Source: Candidatus Aquidulcis sp. (GTDB lineage: Bacteria; Chloroflexota; Limnocylindria; Limnocylindrales; Limnocylindraceae). From it: a stretch of 64,000 bases of DNA. The stretch lies in NCBI GenBank assembly GCA_009919005.1, contig RGCW01000001.1:13591-77590 (forward strand). The letters run 5' to 3'. A program made the position numbers and the translations under genes. Each line of letters starts with the position of its first letter. Positions within the stretch are counted from its first letter, which is position 1. Below are positions 58,608-64,000 of the stretch, in pieces. The notes under the pieces were generated by a model. The model made no database searches, had not been told where the DNA came from, and saw nothing but the letters and a program-made list of their open reading frames with translations.

Positions 58608-59717
58608 TTAGTTCGCCGTGAAGAAGTCCGAAACCTTCACTGAGCCGTCAATGATCTTGGCCTTCAGGGCCTCAACCTCTGCCTTGAGCTCAGCGGTCAC
58701 GAGCGAACCGAAGACCGACGTCCATGCCGACTCGGTGCGATCGAGGGTGGCGATCTGAACGCCACCATTTGCGAGCGTACCAACGTAGTTGGTGCCGCCC
58801 TTGTTCCCCTCGTAGTTGCCATTCACGGTGGCAATCACGGCCGCGCCGATGTTCTTCTGCGCGGAGGTTAGGAGCGTGCCGCAATACTCAGGAAGGCTGA
58901 TGCACTGGTCGAGGTCAACACCGACCGAGTACTTGCCAGCCGCGAGCATCGCCTCATAGGTTCCGTTGCTGGTCGTGCCCGCAACCGGGTGAACGACGTC
59001 TGCATTGGAGCCGAGGAACGACTCAGCCTGGGTCTTACCAAAGACGATGTCGCCGAACGGATTCGTCGACTCGTTGAACACGCCCGTCTTCGCAACTGGA
59101 TCCCAGCCGAGTACGGTCGTTGGAACACCCTTCTCCTTGGCGTAGTAGTTCGCGCCCGCGACCCACCCGTCCATGAACCGGGTTACACCCGGATATGGCT
59201 GACCGCCGTAGACGGCGATCGTGTGGGTGCTGCTGATGCCAGCTGCCAGGTAGGCCGCAAGCATCGACGCCTGGTCGATCTGGAAATCGATGCCGGTGAA
59301 GTTCGCAGGAACCGTGCCGTCATCGAGCGTCCACGTCGCGTCAACCCAACCGAATGCGATATCCGCATTCGCTGGATCCTGAACCACGGCCTTGAGGTCA
59401 TTGCCCTGGTTGTAGCCAACGGCAATCACCGTGTTGCAGCCCTGGTCAATCAGCGACTGAATGTTTGGCGCATAGGACTGTGGGTTCTCCGCGGTGGTGA
59501 ATGCAACCGCGAAGCCCTCCTCCTTCAACGCCATCAAGCCTTCATAGGCTGACTGGTTGAAGTTCTTGTCCGTAGGGCCGCCCGTGTCCAACGAGAGGCA
59601 TGCCTTGTACTCGGCCTTCCCGGCATCGGCTGAGGCTGACGGCGAAGCCGTCGAACCACCGCACGCTGCGGCAAGAAGAGCGAGAACGGTGAGGAGCGCG
59701 AACATTCGCGTCTTCAT
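58608..59717 (-). CDS. BMP-family ABC substrate-binding lipoprotein (nucleoside-binding, PnrA/TmpC/Med-like)
   Basis: 369 aa with a lipoprotein signal peptide and lipobox Cys (LLAAACGGS). RBS GGAGGG upstream. Confidence 0.85.
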   Translation of the reverse strand: MKTRMFALLTVLALLAAACGGSTASPSASADAGKAEYKACLSLDTGGPTDKNFNQSAYEGLMALKEEGFAVAFTTAENPQSYAPNIQSLIDQGCNTVIAVGYNQGNDLKAVVQDPANADIAFGWVDATWTLDDGTVPANFTGIDFQIDQASMLAAYLAAGISSTHTIAVYGGQPYPGVTRFMDGWVAGANYYAKEKGVPTTVLGWDPVAKTGVFNESTNPFGDIVFGKTQAESFLGSNADVVHPVAGTTSNGTYEAMLAAGKYSVGVDLDQCISLPEYCGTLLTSAQKNIGAAVIATVNGNYEGNKGGTNYVGTLANGGVQIATLDRTESAWTSVFGSLVTAELKAEVEALKAKIIDGSVKVSDFFTAN

Positions 59718-59867
59718 CTGTATGTAGCCCTCCGCTAATATCCTTTGCTCAGACGCCGACGGCGACGAGCGGGCCAGCCATTCGCTGACCGTGGGTGGAT
59801 TGTGCCTTATTGCGCGGGGATCTGCGGGCGGATTGCGAAACGGTAGCGTCCCTCGCGTGCCCTTCTG

Positions 59868-60914
59868 TTACATCCCGCGCTGCGCAAGCCAGGCATCCAG
59901 GGTGTTCCTGAGGCGGACTTTGGTTTCTTGATCGGCGAAGGCCGCGTCGTAGCCGGATCGGGCCAGCGCAATAAGGTCGGGCAATGTGAGGCCGAGACGA
60001 CGATGGACGTTGAGGTACTCCTCGGAGAGTGTCACGTCACTCACCGTGAGGTCGTCGGTGTTCAAGGTAACGGGCACGCCACGCCGGTGCAGTTCTGCGA
60101 GTGGAAAATCGCCATAGCCAGACACGATGGCTGCCTGCGTGTTGCTGGTTGGGCAGAGATCGAGCCAGACCCGTCGTGCCGCAAGATCGGCACACAGCGC
60201 GCGATCGTCAACCGCGACACCGCCATGCGCGATACGCGCAGGGCTCACGTCAAGCGCCCGACGGACCTGTGCGGCACCACCCCACTCGCCAGCGTGCAAC
60301 GTGATCGCCAGGCCGCCCGCACGAGCGATCTCAAACGCCTCGCGGAAGGTGCTTGGATCAGGAAACGCCGCCTCGCGGCCGGCCAGGTCAAATGCGACAA
60401 CCCCGACATCTTGGGCGGCGACCGCCGCCTCGGCGAGGGCTCGATTCTCATCGCGCGAATGGGAGCGAAGGGCCGTCACGATGAGACGAACCTCTATGCC
60501 AGTTGCGGTCGCACCCCGGCGGGCACCCGCGGCGACGGCACGGATCACCTGTGTCGGTGAGAGACCTTTGGCCGTATGGAGGTGTGGGCCCCATCGCATC
60601 TCCAGATACGCGACGTTGTCCCCAGCCTTGGCTCGAACCAGCGTTTCCGCGGCCATGTCGAGCGCCTCTGCATCTTGCAGCAAGGCAATCGGCAGATCGA
60701 AAGCGCGGAGTAGATCGGCCTGATCCAGACATCGCTCTGGTGCCACCAGGGCAGCGCGCATCCCCGCCCAGTCACGCGGCGCATCTACTCGACGAGTTGC
60801 AGCAAGCTCCAACGCCAAGGCGGCGTCCAGCGAGCCATCGAGATGGAGGTGGAGTTCGGGCTTTGGTAGCTCATGGAGGAGGCGGCGAGCATCCTCAGCG
60901 CGTTGATACTGCAT
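59868..60914 (-). CDS. add: Adenosine deaminase
   Basis: LPKPELHLHLDGSLD N-terminal metal-binding motif. Start taken at the internal Met MQYQRAEDARRLL; the track ORF extends to 61199. Confidence 0.85.
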   Translation of the reverse strand: MQYQRAEDARRLLHELPKPELHLHLDGSLDAALALELAATRRVDAPRDWAGMRAALVAPERCLDQADLLRAFDLPIALLQDAEALDMAAETLVRAKAGDNVAYLEMRWGPHLHTAKGLSPTQVIRAVAAGARRGATATGIEVRLIVTALRSHSRDENRALAEAAVAAQDVGVVAFDLAGREAAFPDPSTFREAFEIARAGGLAITLHAGEWGGAAQVRRALDVSPARIAHGGVAVDDRALCADLAARRVWLDLCPTSNTQAAIVSGYGDFPLAELHRRGVPVTLNTDDLTVSDVTLSEEYLNVHRRLGLTLPDLIALARSGYDAAFADQETKVRLRNTLDAWLAQRGM

Positions 60915-60990
60915 CCGCCCTCCCCTCGCATCGTTCCGCTGGCCGCGCACGGGCGTGCGCACTCCGACGAGAGAGAGGATACTCCCCACC

Positions 60991-61926
60991 ATGAACACCT
61001 CCGTACCAGTTGCGACCGATTCTCGGAGCCTCGCATCTTGGCTCCGCGACGCGACCCCCGTAGACCGTGTCGGGATCGAAGAGCGGGTTGCGACGCTGAA
61101 GACCCGGTCAATCAAAAAGTCGTCCAAGGTCTGGGCACTTCGACTTGCCCTGAGCATGTGCGACCTCACTACCCTGGAGGGAAAAGACACTCCAGGCAAA
61201 ATTCGTCAGCTTGCCGCCAAGGCGATGCGCCCGCTTCCAGGCGACCCCTCCATGCCTTCAGTCGCAGCTCTCTGCTGCTATCCGGATCTTGTCGGCGTGG
61301 CCAAGGAGGCCCTCAAGGGGAGTGGCGTCAAAGTGGCCTCCGTTGCGACGGCCTTCCCGAGTGGGCGTTCATGGCTTGATCTCAAGATCGCAGAGACGAC
61401 CCATGCCGTGGCGGCGGGGGCCGACGAAATTGACATGGTCATTGATCGCGGTGCTTTCTTAGCCGGTGATTTCGCAAAGGTATGGGACGAGATCGTCGCT
61501 GTGAAAGAGGCATGCGGCCCGGCGCACCTCAAGGTCATTCTTGAAACGGGCGAACTTGGTACCTACGACGATGTTCGTCGGGCATCGGCGCTCTCTATCG
61601 CGGCGGGCGCTGATTTCATCAAAACCTCCACAGGCAAGGTCACTCCCGCCGCGACCCTTCCGGTCACGCTCGTCATGTTGGAAACCATTCGCGAACACTG
61701 GAATCGCACGGGAAAGATCGTGGGAATGAAGCCCGCAGGGGGTATCCGCACGGCGAAGGAGGCGATTCAGTACCTCGTAGTCCTGCATGAGACACTTGGG
61801 CCAGACTGGCTCACCCCCGACCGCTTCCGCTTCGGTGCATCGAGCCTGGTGAATGATCTCCTGATGCAGTTAGAGAAAGAGGCTACCGGCGCATACGCTG
61901 ACCCTGACGATTTCACCCTCGACTAG
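60991..61926 (+). CDS. deoC: Deoxyribose-phosphate aldolase (long form)
   Basis: FIKTSTGK Schiff-base Lys motif and EIDMVIDRGAF. RBS GAGAGAGGA precedes ATG 60991; the track starts at 60955. Confidence 0.85.
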   Translation: MNTSVPVATDSRSLASWLRDATPVDRVGIEERVATLKTRSIKKSSKVWALRLALSMCDLTTLEGKDTPGKIRQLAAKAMRPLPGDPSMPSVAALCCYPDLVGVAKEALKGSGVKVASVATAFPSGRSWLDLKIAETTHAVAAGADEIDMVIDRGAFLAGDFAKVWDEIVAVKEACGPAHLKVILETGELGTYDDVRRASALSIAAGADFIKTSTGKVTPAATLPVTLVMLETIREHWNRTGKIVGMKPAGGIRTAKEAIQYLVVLHETLGPDWLTPDRFRFGASSLVNDLLMQLEKEATGAYADPDDFTLD

Positions 61927-61988
61927 TCCGTACGCTGGGGGCGGCGCCACACAGCGCGGTTGGTAGCAAGCAGCCGCGAGATCGGTAC

Positions 61989-62927
61989 CTAGGAGCCGAT
62001 CGGGTGCCATACCGTCTTCATCTCAAGGAAGGCGGTGATGCCGTCGATCCGTTCGCCCCGCTCACCATCAAAGGCATCGGCGCGATCTTTCACTCCATGC
62101 GGGCGACGCGCGACTCGGGCGACGTGCTCAGCAGCACCCTGCTCCGCCTCAACGAGAAGTTCATCGGGGCAGCCCCACAGGTCGAACCCATCAATGTCCG
62201 CATGGCGCACGAGATGCGGCAGTAGCTCGGCGCGGCGCGCCGTAATGATGTTCACGACTCCCGCTGGAACGTCACTGACCGCAAGCGTCTCGGCCAGAGT
62301 GACGGCGGGTAGTGGTGCCGATTCACTCGCAAGGACGATCGCGACATTGCCACCTGCCAGGATTCCGCCAAGGCGCGAGACGAGTCCCAGCAGTGGCGAG
62401 TGCTCTGGTGCCATACACGCAATCACGCCCGTCGGCTCTGGCAAGGTGAAGACAAAGTGCGACGAGGCAACCGGATTGGTGCCTCCCAATACGGCGGAGA
62501 GTTTGTCGGGCCAGCCCGCGAACCACACCATGCGGTCGATGGCCGCTGCAACCTCCGCCGTCGCGTCCGACTTTGAGCTCCCGTGGTTGATGAGGTCATC
62601 GCGGAACTGCGCAGCGCGGCCCTCCATTAGTTCCGCAACTCGATACAAGATCTGACCCCGGACCATTGCGGTTTTTGCGGCCCAAGGTTCGGCGGCACCA
62701 CGAGCGACTCGGACCGCCTCACGTAGGTCCTTACGCGATCCACCAGCGATATTGGCGACGCCACCCTTCGCAAGTTGAACTTCGCGACTACGCCCCGACT
62801 CGCTTCGGGGAAATCCCCCGCCGATGAAGAGCTTTGCCGTGCGGCGAACCTCGATTCGCGGAGCCCCCTCGTTATCGATGGACAGCGGAAGGTTGAGTTT
62901 CTCGGAGCGCTTGGACTTCTTCCCCAT
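61989..62927 (-). CDS. Truncated aldehyde-dehydrogenase-like protein (N-terminal and degenerate NAD-binding regions only)
   Basis: 312 aa. KLFIGGGF and an ALDH-like N-terminal region are present. The PWNFP motif is degenerate (PEHSPLLG), and ELGGK and the catalytic Cys loop are absent. 2-nt gap to the upstream full ALDH gene. Confidence 0.55.
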   Translation of the reverse strand: MGKKSKRSEKLNLPLSIDNEGAPRIEVRRTAKLFIGGGFPRSESGRSREVQLAKGGVANIAGGSRKDLREAVRVARGAAEPWAAKTAMVRGQILYRVAELMEGRAAQFRDDLINHGSSKSDATAEVAAAIDRMVWFAGWPDKLSAVLGGTNPVASSHFVFTLPEPTGVIACMAPEHSPLLGLVSRLGGILAGGNVAIVLASESAPLPAVTLAETLAVSDVPAGVVNIITARRAELLPHLVRHADIDGFDLWGCPDELLVEAEQGAAEHVARVARRPHGVKDRADAFDGERGERIDGITAFLEMKTVWHPIGS

Positions 62928-62929
62928 GC

Positions 62930-64000
62930 TTATGAACTCCGCAGGTATGCGTGAAGGCCTTGCATGCCACCCTCACGTCCATAACCCGACTCTTTATAGC
63001 CGCCGAACGGCGCGGTTGGATCAAAGCGATTGAAGGTGTTGGCCCACACAACACCAGCCTTAACGGCGTTTGCGACCTGCAGGATGCGGCTCCCCTTCTC
63101 CGTCCAAATGCCAGCGGAGAGGCCATAGGCCGTGTTGTTCGCCTTTTCGATCGCTTCGGCAACGGTGCGGAAGGTGATGGTGGCGAGGACGGGCCCAAAG
63201 ATCTCTTCGCGCGCGATGCGATGGCTCTGCGCCACGTTGGTAAAGAGCGTTGGTCGGAAGAACCAGCCGCGCGTCGGCAGGTCGCATGCGGGCTGCCAAA
63301 GCTGTGCCCCCTCGGCCACGCCGCTTGCTACGAGTTCGCCGATCGTCTCCATCTGTGCCTTTGAGTTGATCGCTCCGATGTCGGTGTTCTTATCCATCGG
63401 GTCGCCGATTCGTAGCATCGACATCCGATCACGCAATCGGGCCAAGAACTCCTCAGCGATCGACTCTTGAACGAGGAGGCGGCTCCCCGCACAGCAGACC
63501 TCGCCCTGGTTGAAGAAGATGCCATTGACGACGCCCTCAACAGCCTGGTCAAGCGCCGCATCATCAAAGACGATGTTTGCCGCCTTTCCACCGAGCTCCA
63601 GGGTGAGCCCTTTCCCGTGGCCTGCGATCCCCTTGGCAATAGTGACGCCGACCGAGGTGCTCCCTGTAAAGGCGACCTTCGCAACACGGGGGTCTGTGAC
63701 GATAGACATGCCGGTACTGCCAGGGCCAGTGACGATATTGACAACGCCATCTGGAAGTTCCGCTTGCCGACAAACATCGGCGAAGAGGAGGGCCGTGAGT
63801 GGCGTTGTGGAGGCTGGCTTAAGGACTACGGTGTTACCTGCCGCCAGCGCGGGAGCAATCTTCCACGCCAGCATGAGGAGGGGGAAGTTCCAAGGGATGA
63901 CCTGACCGACAACTCCATGCGCCTCGGGTCGGCGTCCCGGAACCGCATACTCCAACTTGTCGGCCCACCCTGCGTAGTACCAGAAGTGCGCCGCTGCAAG
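62930..64000 (-). CDS. Aldehyde dehydrogenase (N-terminus beyond the window end)
   Basis: VIPWNFP, ELGGK, EVCCAGSR (catalytic Cys) and GGYKESGYGRE motifs. The reading frame continues past 64000. Confidence 0.85.
   Translation of the reverse strand, partial: LAAAHFWYYAGWADKLEYAVPGRRPEAHGVVGQVIPWNFPLLMLAWKIAPALAAGNTVVLKPASTTPLTALLFADVCRQAELPDGVVNIVTGPGSTGMSIVTDPRVAKVAFTGSTSVGVTIAKGIAGHGKGLTLELGGKAANIVFDDAALDQAVEGVVNGIFFNQGEVCCAGSRLLVQESIAEEFLARLRDRMSMLRIGDPMDKNTDIGAINSKAQMETIGELVASGVAEGAQLWQPACDLPTRGWFFRPTLFTNVAQSHRIAREEIFGPVLATITFRTVAEAIEKANNTAYGLSAGIWTEKGSRILQVANAVKAGVVWANTFNRFDPTAPFGGYKESGYGREGGMQGLHAYLRSS

Noticed and set aside
59718-59867. Possible riboswitch (for example purine) in the 150-nt leader between add and the BMP lipoprotein gene
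   Set aside because: I could not recognise the conserved purine-riboswitch junction sequences or a convincing three-way junction by eye. Only generic GC-rich partial stems are present. A covariance-model search would be needed.
61989-64000. The two tandem ALDH-related ORFs as a single frameshifted gene
   Set aside because: The upstream ORF already carries the cofactor-binding and catalytic motifs, and the downstream ORF carries an N-terminal-type region. The domain order is therefore incompatible with one split gene.

Overview
High-GC (roughly 60-66% by eye) bacterial chromosome segment. Almost every gene is on the minus strand and packed tightly; more than 20 junctions show 4-nt ATGA stop/start overlaps. 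Gene order is actinobacterial (Mycobacterium-like): scpA-scpB-rluB-cmk-der, recN-nadK, relA-hisS-aspS, xerC...dprA-comM, efp-pepP, alaS-ruvX-mltG. About 50 of roughly 60 CDS are housekeeping: tRNA synthetases, dxs/ispH isoprenoid genes, relA, topA, ftsH, recN, xseAB and others. Two regions look accessory. (1) 1.4-5.1 kb: a proteorhodopsin/xanthorhodopsin-clade proton-pump rhodopsin (DTE motif, Lys in helix G) on the plus strand. It is divergent from a minus-strand operon that encodes a DUF4332-like protein, a DUF1461/TIGR01906 membrane protein and a 520-aa tri-domain protein: two lycopene-cyclase domains fused to a UbiA-type prenyltransferase, i.e. CrtYe/CrtYf/CrtEb-like enzymes of the C50 carotenoid pathway in one polypeptide. 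A convergent tRNA-Pro and a bidirectional terminator follow. (2) 52-64 kb: a nucleoside uptake and catabolism locus with a BMP-family lipoprotein, a tandem-ATPase ABC protein, two permeases, two tandem nucleoside hydrolases, adenosine deaminase, deoC, an ALDH and a truncated ALDH-like paralog. A murJ-femAB-murE-like operon is translationally coupled into relA-hisS-aspS. I found no CRISPR, integrase, transposase or obvious prophage genes. Long antisense ORFs in the ORF track are treated as high-GC artefacts.
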